Positions 52,601 through 62,890 of a stretch of DNA of 64,000 nucleotides are shown one piece after another. The stretch covers positions 1 through 64,000 of IMG/VR virus record IMGVR_UViG_3300037440_000703; one strand, 5' to 3'. Position numbers and translations under genes: made by a program. The stretch's first letter is position 1; each line of letters begins with the position of its first letter. The notes below the pieces were generated by a model. That model ran no database searches, was not told where the DNA came from, and was given only the letters and a program-made list of their open reading frames with translations. Origin of the DNA: a virus. Its lineage: Duplodnaviria > Caudoviricetes.

Positions 52601-55600
52601 TGCCGAACATCATCAGCGTTGTCATGACGGGCAATGTCAGCCCGTTGACCGCCGCCCTGGCGCAGGGTGCCGCCCAGTTGGGCCGGTTCGGCACGGAGGC
52701 GAACCGGCTGGGCCAGCAGTCGGCGGCCGCCGCGCAGCAGGCCAACCGGCTGGGCGCCCAGTCGGAGGCGGCGGCCGGCCGGGTGACCCGGCTGGGGGCG
52801 CAAGCCGACCAGGCGGCGGCCGCCGCAGCCCGGCTGCGCGCGCAGGCCGACGCGGGTGGTGCCGGTGCGGCGCGGCTCGGCCAGCGGGCCGACGAGGCCG
52901 CCGCCCGCGCGGCCCGGCTCCGCACGGAGGCGGCCGCCGCCGGGGCCGCCGCCACCCGGCTGGCTGGTGAGGCCCGGCTGGCAGCGGCCGACGCCGAACG
53001 GCTAGGGGCGGAAGCGGAACGTGCCGGGCAGCGGGCGCAGCGAATGCGGCTCGGCTTGCAGGCGGCGGTGGCCGGAGCTGGACTGTTCGCGGCCGGGCTG
53101 GTCGCCGCCGTCAACTCGGCGGTCTCCTTCGAGGCGGCGATGCGGCAGGTCGCCTCCATCGACGAATCGGTGCGGGACAACTTCGACGAGATGTCGCAGG
53201 CCGTACTGAACCTCGCCAAAGACCTGCCGCAGTCCGCGAACGTGCTCGCCGCCGGCCTGTACAACATCGCCGGCTCCGGTTTCTACGGCGCCGAAGCGCT
53301 GTCCATCCTCGAAATCTCGGCGAAAGCCGCCGCCGCCGGGATGACCACCACCGACAACAGCGCGAAGGCGATCGTCGCCACGCTGAACGCCTACGGGCTG
53401 GAAGCCTCCGAAGCCGGCCGGGTCTCCGACGCCCTGTTCAACGTCGTCAACTACGGCGTCCTCTCGTACGAGGAGCTGACGGCGGCGGTCGCCCATTTCA
53501 TCGGCAACAGCGCCGCCGCCGGGGTGAGCATCGAACAGGCCGGCGCCGCCCTGGCCACCATGACCCTCTCAGGTCTTTCGGCCAGCGAAGCCGGCGTGTC
53601 GCTGAACAACATGCTCGCCAAGCTGATCAAACCGACCGGTGAGCTCGAAGAAGCCACCGGGCAGCTCGGCATCAGCTTGGAACAGGATTTGAAAGACCCG
53701 GCGATCGGCCTGTCCGGGGTGATGGAACAGTTGCGCGTCGCCTCCGACGGCAACCTGAAAACCCTCCTCTCCTGGTTCTCCGAGATCCGCGCCACCCGGG
53801 GGGCGCTGGCCCTCATGTCAGCGGAAGGGGAGAACTACAAGCGGGTGCTGGCGGGGATGGGCACCGAGCAGGCCAACGCGAACGCCACGCAGAAGGCGTA
53901 CGCGGAGGTCGCGAAGTCCACCGCCCACCAGTTCGAGGTGCTGACCGGGTCGATCCAGTCGACGGCCATCGAACTGGGCTTGAAATTCCTGCCCTACGTG
54001 AACCAGGCGATCTCGTTCCTGATGGACCTGGGCGGGGCTGTCGGGCAGATCGCCTCGGAGGTGGCGGGCGGCCTGTCGTCGGGGTTCGCCGACTGGGGTT
54101 CGGCGATCCGCGACGTCGCCTCGGCGCTCGACCAGCTGAACGTCGACGAACTGGTCGGGCTGGTCGCCCGGATCGGGATCAGCGCCCTGGTCGGCGGGTT
54201 CAACCTGCTCGCCGGGGCGGTGAGCGGCACCACCGGGTTCCTGGCGTCGAACACGCTGGCCGTGCAGGCGCTGGTCGCCGCCTGGCTGCTGTTCAACGCC
54301 GCCGCGATCGCCCGGCAGGTGCAGCTGCTCGCCACGTCGATCGCCCTCGGCCTGGTCAACGCCCTGTCCGCCGGGATACGCGGCATCGACCTGATGATCG
54401 CCAGACTGCGGACGCTCGGCAACGGCAGCCTGTGGCGGGGGGTGGCGGTCGGCGCCGCCGGCATGGCCGTGGTCACCGGCACCATCCACGCGATAGTCAG
54501 CGCGCTCGGCGACATGAAACGGGCGAAAGAAGAAGCCGCCGCGATCCGCCTGGACGTCTCCGACGTCGTCGCGAAAGTCGACGGCACGACACTGGCCTCC
54601 TACGAGGAGGCCCGCCGGCAGCTGCTCGCGATGGCCGAGTCCGCGCAGCGGGCGGTGACCGCGTCGGAAGGTCTGGGCAGCGCGGCCCGCGCGGAAGCGC
54701 TGCTGAACTACGCGCGGGTCGCCACGGAGACGAGCCTCGCCGTGGCGGACTTGGACCGGGCGTTCCAGTACGCGAACGCGAACGTGGCCTTGCTGTCCCA
54801 GGAGTACGGCATCACTGAGGACGCGGTCGTCCGGCTCGCCGAAGCCTACGACGTCGACCTGTCGCAGGCGTTGGACGCCGCCGGGGAAGGCGGTGCGACG
54901 CTCCGCGAGGCGTTTTCGCTGCTCGTCGAAGACATGGTGGGCGCGAACGCCACGTCCGACCAGGTCGCGGCAGCCCTGGAAGCGCTGGACACGTCGATCG
55001 GCGGCGCCGAAGAAGCGCTCAAAGAACTCAACCTGCAGATGGACTTCTTCACCGGGAAGGGCGTGGACGCGGTCCGGGCGGCCGACGCCGTGGACGCGGC
55101 GATGGAAGACCTCGCCGACGGCACCACCCAGCTGACAGGCAGCCTGACCGCCGCAACCGACGCGGGCCGGCTCAACCGGGAGGCCATCTTCTCGATCGTC
55201 GACGCGATCGAGCAGGAGGCGCAGGCGGTGGTGAACCGCACGGGCTCCTACGACGAGGGCCGGAAAGTCTACGAGCAGGGCATTCAGGATCTCCGGAACA
55301 CGCTGGAGGCGGCCGGGCGGACGACGGAGGAAATCGACGCCCTTTTCCAGATGATTTCAGGCTTCGAGGTGCTCGGCGACCTCGAGGTCGGCGTCACCAC
55401 GCCGGGGCTCGCCGAGTCGACCACGCAGTTGCAGACGTGGAACGAAATGATCACCACGCTGCCGCCGACGTCGGAAGTCTCGTTCGGGGCTCCGGGCCTC
55501 ACCGAGACGATCACCGAAGGCCAGCTGCTGTCCGGCCTGCTCGGCGGGCTACCGCCGAACGTCAGCGTGCCGATCGACACGCCGGGCGCCGAAGCGTCGA

Positions 55601-57528
55601 TCACCGAAAGCCAACTGCTCGGGGGCCTGCTCGGCGGGCTGCCCCCGGGCGTCAGCGTGCCTGTCGGCACGCCCGGCGCGGCCACCGCCATCACCGAAAG
55701 CCAACTGCTGTCCGGACTGCTGGGGGGCATGCCGCCGAACGTCGACGTACCGATCACCACCCCCGGCATCGACTCGGCCACCGCCGCCGCCAGGGAGTTC
55801 GACTCGGTCATCGACGGGATCGACCGAAACGTCTGGGTCACGCTGACCGTCACCCAGCGGACGGCGGCGGCGCAGCTCATGGGCACCGTCGGCAGGCTGC
55901 CCGGCAACGCGACCGGCGGGCCGATCCGGGGGCCGGGTTCGGGCACCTCCGACGACGTGCCGATCATGGCGTCGAACGGGGAATGGGTCATCCGCGCCGC
56001 CGCCGCGCAGATGTACGGCCGGCAGGCCATGGCGGCCGTCAACGCCGGCCGGGCCCTCGTCGTACCGATGATGGCGACCGGCGGGCCGGTCGGCCGGTAC
56101 GCCGTCGGCGGGCCGGTCGCCAGCGCCGGCACCGCAAGCGCGACCGGCGCTACCGGTGCCATCCAACTGGTCGAAAAAGGCGGGCAGACCCTCGCCGAGG
56201 TGTACGCCCAAACCGCCGCCGGGGTCGGCGACACCGCCGACGCGCTCCGCGACGTCGTCCCCCGGCTGTGGGACGCCGACCGCAGCACCGGCTACCTCGC
56301 CACCACCACCGGCCTCGCCGACCAGACCACCGGCCTGTACCGGGAAACCCTCACCGGGACCACCACCGACCTCGGCCTGGCCACCCTGGCCGCCGACACG
56401 CAGACCCTCGCCGTCGGCGAGAACACGACGGCCACCGCCGAAAACCTGGTCGGCCTGCAAGCGCTCGGCGTCGAAACCGACCTGAACAACATTGAGCGCA
56501 GCCCGCTCACCCTGCTGAACACGCAGGCTCAGACGCTGGCCACGCAGGAAGAAACACTGGCCGACACCGAACGGCTGCTCGGCCTGCAACTCCTCGGCGT
56601 CGAAACCGACCTGAACACCGGCGAGCGGATGCCCGCCGTGCTGCTCGGCACCCAGACGCAAACGCTGGCCACCCAGGAGTCGACGCTCGTCGAAGCCGAA
56701 CACCTCGCCGGGCTCACCCTCCTCGGCACCCAATGGGACCTCGCCTCCAGCACCCAGCTACCCACGTTGACCGCCGCCACCGACGTGCAGACCATCTCGA
56801 CGACGCTGGGCACGGCGGCCACCGTCGAACTCACCGGCGCACTCGTCGAAGAAACCGCCGCGTCCGGGCAGACCACCGCCGCGTTGGGCACGCAGACGGC
56901 GGCCACCGACACGGCCACCGCGTCTGCGAACACGGCGACCGCCGCAGCGAACACGTTCGCCGGGGCGCTCGGCACGGTGACCGCAGCGGCGAACACCGCC
57001 GCCGGGGCGGTCAACGCCTACGTCGGCGCGCTCAACTCGATCCCGCCCGACAAGACGACGACGATCACCACCAACTTCGTGACCACCGGCACCCCCGCGC
57101 CGGGCGCCACACCGCTGCCGTTCGGCGCGGCACGCGGCGGCATGGTCACCGGACCGGGAACCTCCACCTCCGATTCGATTCTCGCCGCACTGTCGGCGGG
57201 CGAGTGGGTGATCCGCGCGCAGGCTGCCGCCAAGCAAGGCCCGTACCGGATGGCGCTGCTCAACGCCGGGCTCGCCGACGTCGTACCCCGGTTCGCCACT
57301 GGCGGCCCGGTGCCCGGTTTCGCGACGGGCGGCACGGTCCGCCCCGCCGTCTACCAGCCGTACACGGCGGGCGGGACGACAGTCGTCGTCAACCTCGGCG
57401 ACACCACCGTCACCGTCAACAGCACTGGCGGCGACCCGCACGCCGTCGGCCGGGCCGTCCGCGCCGAAGTCGACGCCGCGCTGTCCGACGTCGTCCGCCT
57501 CGTCCGCAGCGGCACCGGACGCCGCTGA
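52600..57528 (+). CDS. Tape measure protein (TP901-type)
   Basis: 1642 aa, Ala-rich; FEAAMRQV..PQSA..LA.GLY.I..G..LNAYGL..A.RVSD; GPG.GTSD motifs. Confidence 0.93.
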   Translation: MPNIISVVMTGNVSPLTAALAQGAAQLGRFGTEANRLGQQSAAAAQQANRLGAQSEAAAGRVTRLGAQADQAAAAAARLRAQADAGGAGAARLGQRADEAAARAARLRTEAAAAGAAATRLAGEARLAAADAERLGAEAERAGQRAQRMRLGLQAAVAGAGLFAAGLVAAVNSAVSFEAAMRQVASIDESVRDNFDEMSQAVLNLAKDLPQSANVLAAGLYNIAGSGFYGAEALSILEISAKAAAAGMTTTDNSAKAIVATLNAYGLEASEAGRVSDALFNVVNYGVLSYEELTAAVAHFIGNSAAAGVSIEQAGAALATMTLSGLSASEAGVSLNNMLAKLIKPTGELEEATGQLGISLEQDLKDPAIGLSGVMEQLRVASDGNLKTLLSWFSEIRATRGALALMSAEGENYKRVLAGMGTEQANANATQKAYAEVAKSTAHQFEVLTGSIQSTAIELGLKFLPYVNQAISFLMDLGGAVGQIASEVAGGLSSGFADWGSAIRDVASALDQLNVDELVGLVARIGISALVGGFNLLAGAVSGTTGFLASNTLAVQALVAAWLLFNAAAIARQVQLLATSIALGLVNALSAGIRGIDLMIARLRTLGNGSLWRGVAVGAAGMAVVTGTIHAIVSALGDMKRAKEEAAAIRLDVSDVVAKVDGTTLASYEEARRQLLAMAESAQRAVTASEGLGSAARAEALLNYARVATETSLAVADLDRAFQYANANVALLSQEYGITEDAVVRLAEAYDVDLSQALDAAGEGGATLREAFSLLVEDMVGANATSDQVAAALEALDTSIGGAEEALKELNLQMDFFTGKGVDAVRAADAVDAAMEDLADGTTQLTGSLTAATDAGRLNREAIFSIVDAIEQEAQAVVNRTGSYDEGRKVYEQGIQDLRNTLEAAGRTTEEIDALFQMISGFEVLGDLEVGVTTPGLAESTTQLQTWNEMITTLPPTSEVSFGAPGLTETITEGQLLSGLLGGLPPNVSVPIDTPGAEASITESQLLGGLLGGLPPGVSVPVGTPGAATAITESQLLSGLLGGMPPNVDVPITTPGIDSATAAAREFDSVIDGIDRNVWVTLTVTQRTAAAQLMGTVGRLPGNATGGPIRGPGSGTSDDVPIMASNGEWVIRAAAAQMYGRQAMAAVNAGRALVVPMMATGGPVGRYAVGGPVASAGTASATGATGAIQLVEKGGQTLAEVYAQTAAGVGDTADALRDVVPRLWDADRSTGYLATTTGLADQTTGLYRETLTGTTTDLGLATLAADTQTLAVGENTTATAENLVGLQALGVETDLNNIERSPLTLLNTQAQTLATQEETLADTERLLGLQLLGVETDLNTGERMPAVLLGTQTQTLATQESTLVEAEHLAGLTLLGTQWDLASSTQLPTLTAATDVQTISTTLGTAATVELTGALVEETAASGQTTAALGTQTAATDTATASANTATAAANTFAGALGTVTAAANTAAGAVNAYVGALNSIPPDKTTTITTNFVTTGTPAPGATPLPFGAARGGMVTGPGTSTSDSILAALSAGEWVIRAQAAAKQGPYRMALLNAGLADVVPRFATGGPVPGFATGGTVRPAVYQPYTAGGTTVVVNLGDTTVTVNSTGGDPHAVGRAVRAEVDAALSDVVRLVRSGTGRR

Positions 57529-57529
57529 C

Positions 57530-60500
57530 ATGGCCACCGTCACCCTCCGACCCGACGGCACCTTCTACAACAGCGGGTGGACGGTCACCAGCGCGGCGTC
57601 CGCCCACGCCGCCGTCAACGACGACTCCGACAGCTCCTACGTCTCCGGGGCGGCCGGCGCCTGGCTGCTCGTGTTCGACCTCGGCCCGCTCACCCTCCCC
57701 GCCTACGCCCAGATCCGGTCGGTCGCCGTCCGCGTCCGACGGCGAGGCAACAGCTCCGCCCGGCTCGACGTCGGCCTCCAGTACCTGCCCCGAGCCGGCG
57801 GCTACCAGTCCCTCGTCCTGTCCGCCGGGGAAAAACCGTCCTCGACGATCGCCACCAAAACCTACGGGAGCCTGGTCAGCGCCCCCGGCGGCGCCGCCTG
57901 GGACAACAGCGTCGTCGTCCCCAACCTGCAGGTCGCGTTGGGTGCCAACGACACCAACATCCGCGTCCACGAGGTGTACGTCGACGTCGACTACGACCAG
58001 GCACCCACCTGCGTGGTCACCGCCCCCGTCGGCACCGTCACCGGCACCCAGGTCCCCGCCGTCGAATTCTCGTACAACGACACCGAGGGCGCCTCGCTGG
58101 AACGGGTGCAGGCGAAAGTTTTCACCGCCGCGCAGCACGCCGCCGCCGGGTTCGGCCCGGACACGTCCAGCGCCTTCTGGGACTCCGGGTCCGTGCTCAC
58201 CAGCGCCCAGTCGGTGGCCGTCGGCGTACCGCTGCCCCCCGGCGACTACCACGTGTACGTCCGCGTCGCCGACGCCGGTTCCGGCGGCCGGTACGGGCCG
58301 TGGGCGTCCGCCGACTTCACCATGGGCGGCGACCTGCCCGCCACCCCCACCCTCACCGTCGCCAGCGACAGCACCGCCCGCAGCAACACCCTCACCGTCG
58401 TCCAACGGGACAACCTGCTCGCCGCCGGGCAGGCGTCCACCGCCACCGCCGCCGGAGAGGGCGACGGCTGGTACCCGGACGACAACACGACACTGGACAG
58501 CGTCAGCAGCACCCTGCCCACCGTCACCACGCTGGACGAAACGTTCACCGGCGCGGACGGGGCGCTCGCCGCCGCCAACACCGACATCAACTGGACGGTG
58601 GTCGCCGGGGCGTTCGCCGTCGCCTCCAACCAGCTCACCTCGAGCAACACCGAGCTGATCCTGCCGCCGACGATCCGCACCGACAGCGACCTCCCCAGCG
58701 TCGACCACTACGCCCAGGTCGTCGTCAACACCCTGTCCACGACGGTCGACCGGTCGGCGCACGTCGTGCTCCGCATGTCGCCGTCGGCCTACACCGGCTA
58801 CGTCGTCGAACTCAACCAGCAGCACAACCGGTTCGCGGTGTGGAAAGCGATAGCCGGCGTCGGCCACGCCGTCTCCGGTTTCCGCAGCCTGCCGACCACC
58901 CTCACCCTGCCCGCCACCTGGCGCGGCGAAATCTCCGGCAGCACGATCAGCGTCTACCTGAACGGCGTGCTCCTCGGCCAGTGGACGGACACGCAGATCA
59001 CCACCGGCACCCGTGTCGGCCTCGGCCTGTACAACGCCAACTCGATCTCACGGGTCGACACGTTCCAAGCCGGGGACCTGCAACCCGTCGTGTCCGGGGC
59101 GTCGTCCGGCACGCAGCTGCTCGAAATGACCGCCACCGCCGCCCGGCAGGGCCGGGCGTTCACCGGCGGCCGGTACGGCTGGGGAACACCGGTCACCCCC
59201 GGCGACCCGCTGACGCTGACCGCGTCCGCCTGGCAGACCGCCGACGAGGCACGGCCCTGCCGGGCCGACGTCGAATGGCACGGCGCCGACGGCGACGTGC
59301 TGGTCAACCTGGTCCTCGACGAGCCGTTCACCGGCACGGACGGCGACCCGTGGGACGCCGGCACGTGGACCGACGGCAACGCCGGGGCGGCCACCGCCAC
59401 CATTCAGGCCAATGCCGGCCGGCTCGTCACCGGGGCGGTCGCCTACGACCAGCCGGCCCGGCAGTACGCGGGCGGCATGGACTCGCAGGACGACTGCGAA
59501 GTTGTCGTGCTGTGCCGGCCGTCGTCGACGTCGGCGGAAATGCGCGCGGCGGTGTGCGTCCGCACCGACGGGACGTGGAACGGCGCTAACCCGGGCCACC
59601 CGGACACCGGCTACTGGGCCGAGGTCTCACCCGACTTCGGTGCGGTGTTCCTGCGCGTCCAGGACGGGTCGAGCACGGTGCTGGCCACGGTCAGCCTCAC
59701 CATTCCCGCGCAAGGGGTGTGGGTCAGGCTCCGGGCGCACGGCACGACGCTCGCGTTGAAAGCCTGGGACGCCAGCCTGCAGGAACCCGCCACCTGGGGC
59801 TGGCTGGGGGAGGACGCCACGCACACGTCCGGCCGGGTGGCGCTCACCGGGCAGAACGGCGCAGACGCGGCGGTACGCACGTGGACGTTCGACCACCTGA
59901 CCGTCGACGACCTGTCCCGGCACGTGTTCGGCACCCCGTTCACCACGAACACCGACGGCAGCCTGGCCGGCGCCAGCCGCAACCTGACCGTCCCCGCCGA
60001 CGCCGCCGTCGCGAAAACCGTCGCCGTCTCCTTCCCCACAGGGGCAGGCGAGACGTTCGTGTGGGACAAGGTCGGGCTGATGCCCGGCCACGACCGGCCC
60101 TGGTCACGCGGCGGGCTGACCGTCAGCAATTTGTACGGCCCGAACGAATCCACGTTCGAAGAGAGCGCCGCCGGGGCCGCAGGATGGACGGCGGGCGACG
60201 ACGCCACCGTCGCCCGCGCCGCCTACGTGGTACCACCCTCCGGGGCGGCGCTCGAACTGTCCTGGGACGGGTCGTCCGGACTGCCCAGCGCGATCTTCGC
60301 CTACGGGCCGGGGAAACCCGCCGAAGCCGGCCTGGACTACGCGGTCCGCGCCTGGCTGTGGCGGATCGACGCCGACGTCAGCCTGCTACGTCTCGGCTTG
60401 CGGTTCACCGACAGTTCCGACGGGGAGTTGGCCCAGTCGTTCGCCGAAGACGTCCTCCCCGACCCGGGCGTGGCGTGGGCCGAGACGGCGCACACCATGC

Positions 60501-61312
60501 GCGCCCCGGCCGGCACCGCCCACGTCCACGCCGCCCTGGCGACCAGCGCCGTCCAGTCCGGCGCGGGCGCGATCACCCGCGTCCACGTCGTACAGGGCAC
60601 CGCCGCCCCCGAAGTGTTCCAACCCGGCCCGGCCGCCGCCGGCTACGCGCTCGCCGAATACTCGGACGACGGCGGGCAGACCTGGCAGCAGGTGCGGGGC
60701 ACCACCGGTGCCGTCTACGGCGACGACCGGACGGCCGCCGTCCACGACTACGAGACCCCGCCCGGCGCGGCCCGCACCTACCGGGCCAGCACGGCCGCCG
60801 TCGACTACGACGTGGACTCCGACGGCGGGGCGACCGTCGTCTCCGTGCCCAGTGACGAGGTGACGGCGACCCTGCCCGCCGACGGCTTCTGGCTCCGCGA
60901 CCCGCTGGTCCCCGCCCGGCTGCTCGCCGTGACCATCGGCGGGGATTTGGAATCGTCGAGCCGGCAGCCGCAGCAGGTCCACGACACCCTCGGCCGCGAG
61001 CACGCCGTCGTCGTCAGCGACGTGGTGAAAGGCGAGGAGTTCAGCCTGCCGCTCGTCTTCAAAACCGCCGGCAGCTACCGGCAGTTCGAGGAACTGCGCC
61101 GCTCGGGCGGGCCGCTGCTGTTCCAGTCCGACTTCGGCGAGCAGTGGTACGTCCGCCTCGGCGGCGAACGCCGCACCGTCCTCAAAATCTCCGTCGTCCG
61201 GCTGGACACGCCACTACGGCTGGTCGAAGTGTCCGCCGTCGAAGTCGACCGCCCGGACCCGTCCGAACACGACTACGACGTGGTCACAGACCTCGTCTGG
61301 GAGATCGTCTGA
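57530..61312 (+). CDS. Large minor tail protein (Dit-like C-terminus with Ig/lectin/CBM-like inserts)
   Basis: Follows the tape measure; beta-rich; C-terminal WLRDP..LGRE..VVVSDV..G..LLFQ. Confidence 0.75.
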   Translation: MATVTLRPDGTFYNSGWTVTSAASAHAAVNDDSDSSYVSGAAGAWLLVFDLGPLTLPAYAQIRSVAVRVRRRGNSSARLDVGLQYLPRAGGYQSLVLSAGEKPSSTIATKTYGSLVSAPGGAAWDNSVVVPNLQVALGANDTNIRVHEVYVDVDYDQAPTCVVTAPVGTVTGTQVPAVEFSYNDTEGASLERVQAKVFTAAQHAAAGFGPDTSSAFWDSGSVLTSAQSVAVGVPLPPGDYHVYVRVADAGSGGRYGPWASADFTMGGDLPATPTLTVASDSTARSNTLTVVQRDNLLAAGQASTATAAGEGDGWYPDDNTTLDSVSSTLPTVTTLDETFTGADGALAAANTDINWTVVAGAFAVASNQLTSSNTELILPPTIRTDSDLPSVDHYAQVVVNTLSTTVDRSAHVVLRMSPSAYTGYVVELNQQHNRFAVWKAIAGVGHAVSGFRSLPTTLTLPATWRGEISGSTISVYLNGVLLGQWTDTQITTGTRVGLGLYNANSISRVDTFQAGDLQPVVSGASSGTQLLEMTATAARQGRAFTGGRYGWGTPVTPGDPLTLTASAWQTADEARPCRADVEWHGADGDVLVNLVLDEPFTGTDGDPWDAGTWTDGNAGAATATIQANAGRLVTGAVAYDQPARQYAGGMDSQDDCEVVVLCRPSSTSAEMRAAVCVRTDGTWNGANPGHPDTGYWAEVSPDFGAVFLRVQDGSSTVLATVSLTIPAQGVWVRLRAHGTTLALKAWDASLQEPATWGWLGEDATHTSGRVALTGQNGADAAVRTWTFDHLTVDDLSRHVFGTPFTTNTDGSLAGASRNLTVPADAAVAKTVAVSFPTGAGETFVWDKVGLMPGHDRPWSRGGLTVSNLYGPNESTFEESAAGAAGWTAGDDATVARAAYVVPPSGAALELSWDGSSGLPSAIFAYGPGKPAEAGLDYAVRAWLWRIDADVSLLRLGLRFTDSSDGELAQSFAEDVLPDPGVAWAETAHTMRAPAGTAHVHAALATSAVQSGAGAITRVHVVQGTAAPEVFQPGPAAAGYALAEYSDDGGQTWQQVRGTTGAVYGDDRTAAVHDYETPPGAARTYRASTAAVDYDVDSDGGATVVSVPSDEVTATLPADGFWLRDPLVPARLLAVTIGGDLESSSRQPQQVHDTLGREHAVVVSDVVKGEEFSLPLVFKTAGSYRQFEELRRSGGPLLFQSDFGEQWYVRLGGERRTVLKISVVRLDTPLRLVEVSAVEVDRPDPSEHDYDVVTDLVWEIV

Positions 61313-62886
61313 TGCCCACCGAACTGTCCGCGCTCGACGAGTCGGTGGCCTCCGGCGACCAGGGCCACGCGCAGAAGCACAGCGACCTCGCCTACTACGT
61401 CAAGCGGATCTCCGCCCTGATGGGCGTCGACACCGTGGCCGCGTCGACCACCACGATGCTGCTGTCGTCGCTGCTGTCCGGCGACCTGCTCGCCCGGTTC
61501 GCGGTCCGCGCCGACGGGACGATCGCGATGGGCGGGGCGCCGCTCACCGTGTCGACCGTCGCGGGTACGACCACGGTCACGGTGACGACGACCGCGTCCC
61601 ACGGCTACGGCACCGCCGACGTGGTCACGATCAGCGGTGTCGCCGGGTTCGTCGGCGCCGACGGAACGTTCACGATCACGAGGACCGGGGCGACGACGTT
61701 CACCCTGGACGGGGTGACCGGCAGCGGCACGTACACGTCCGGTGGCACCGTCCAACGGCTCCTCGGCACCTCCGGGTCGGCCAACGAAGGCGTCTGGAAC
61801 CTCGTCGTCCCCGAAGGGGAGGACACCCGCTTCGGGTTCGTGATCCGCCTCAACTCGACGTCGAGCCGGTCCGGTTTCAAAGTCGTCGACAACGGCGCGG
61901 CGGACATTTTCGTCGTCCAGCCGACCGGCGGCGCCGGGCTGATCAGCGCGGACGCCAACGACATCCTGTTCTGCTCGTTCGACACCACCGGCCGGTCGTT
62001 CGCCGCGAACACCCGGGGCGGTGTCCGCATGGGCATGGGCGGCGACCCGGCCGGCGGCGTAGAAGTCCTCGCGATCGGCGACGCCACGACACCTCCGACC
62101 GGCGGGCAGGTCCCCGACGGCACGCACACCGCCGAAAGCGGGTTCACCACCACGGCGGGGGCGGTCGTCTGGGGGCCGGTCGGGTCGGGCGGGCGGCTGC
62201 ACGTACGGACCCGCGCCGGCCACGAAGACGAGCTGATAGCGCCCGTCCACCGCAGGCAGATGTCGGTGGCCGCACCCGGCGGCGGCACGACGCTCGTCAC
62301 CACCGGCACCGCCGCGCCCACCGTCGCCACCACCGACGTCACCCCCGCCGCCGACGACACCGCCGCCGGCCCCGGAGTCTCCTACACGACCACGGCGGCG
62401 GCCGACGTCGACGCCGGGATCGTCAGCGCGTTCGGCCCGGTACAGACCAGGTGGGGGCCGCTGTTCTACGCGCGGATCATGACCGACGCCAGCGCGATCA
62501 CCTCGACCCGGCTGTGGGCCGGGCTCACCTCCGCCGAACTCGCCACGCTGGCCGCCGACCCGACCACCCAGCATGTGGCCGCGTTCCGCTACGACACCGG
62601 GCTCGACGGCACCGCGTTCTGGCGGTGCGTCACCGCCGGGGGCAGCGCGGCGACGGTCACCACCAGCACGGTCGCCATAGCGGCCAACACCTCGTACGAG
62701 CTGAAAATCGAGGTCGACAGCGCGGGCACGGCGGTGCGCTTCTACGTCAACGGCACCCTCGCCGCGACGCACACCACCAACCTCCCGACGACCAGCACCG
62801 CCCTCGGCTACACCGTCCGGCTCCGCACCCTCGCCGCCGCCGCCCGCGCCCTGCGCTTCGGCCGCACCCTGGTCTCGAGCAAGTAG
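61312..62886 (+). CDS. Tail fibre/receptor-binding-like protein
   Basis: Thr/Gly-rich; TVTTTASHGY..DVVTISGV..GTFTIT (FCCH-like) and a C-terminal lectin-like domain (VRFYVNGTLAATHTTNLP). Confidence 0.7.
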   Translation: MPTELSALDESVASGDQGHAQKHSDLAYYVKRISALMGVDTVAASTTTMLLSSLLSGDLLARFAVRADGTIAMGGAPLTVSTVAGTTTVTVTTTASHGYGTADVVTISGVAGFVGADGTFTITRTGATTFTLDGVTGSGTYTSGGTVQRLLGTSGSANEGVWNLVVPEGEDTRFGFVIRLNSTSSRSGFKVVDNGAADIFVVQPTGGAGLISADANDILFCSFDTTGRSFAANTRGGVRMGMGGDPAGGVEVLAIGDATTPPTGGQVPDGTHTAESGFTTTAGAVVWGPVGSGGRLHVRTRAGHEDELIAPVHRRQMSVAAPGGGTTLVTTGTAAPTVATTDVTPAADDTAAGPGVSYTTTAAADVDAGIVSAFGPVQTRWGPLFYARIMTDASAITSTRLWAGLTSAELATLAADPTTQHVAAFRYDTGLDGTAFWRCVTAGGSAATVTTSTVAIAANTSYELKIEVDSAGTAVRFYVNGTLAATHTTNLPTTSTALGYTVRLRTLAAAARALRFGRTLVSSK

Positions 62887-62890
62887 CCCG

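Noticed and set aside
55470-56680. DNA repeats in the tape measure as a DGR template/variable pair
   Set aside because: In-frame protein repeats without adenine-specific differences, and no reverse transcriptase in the window.
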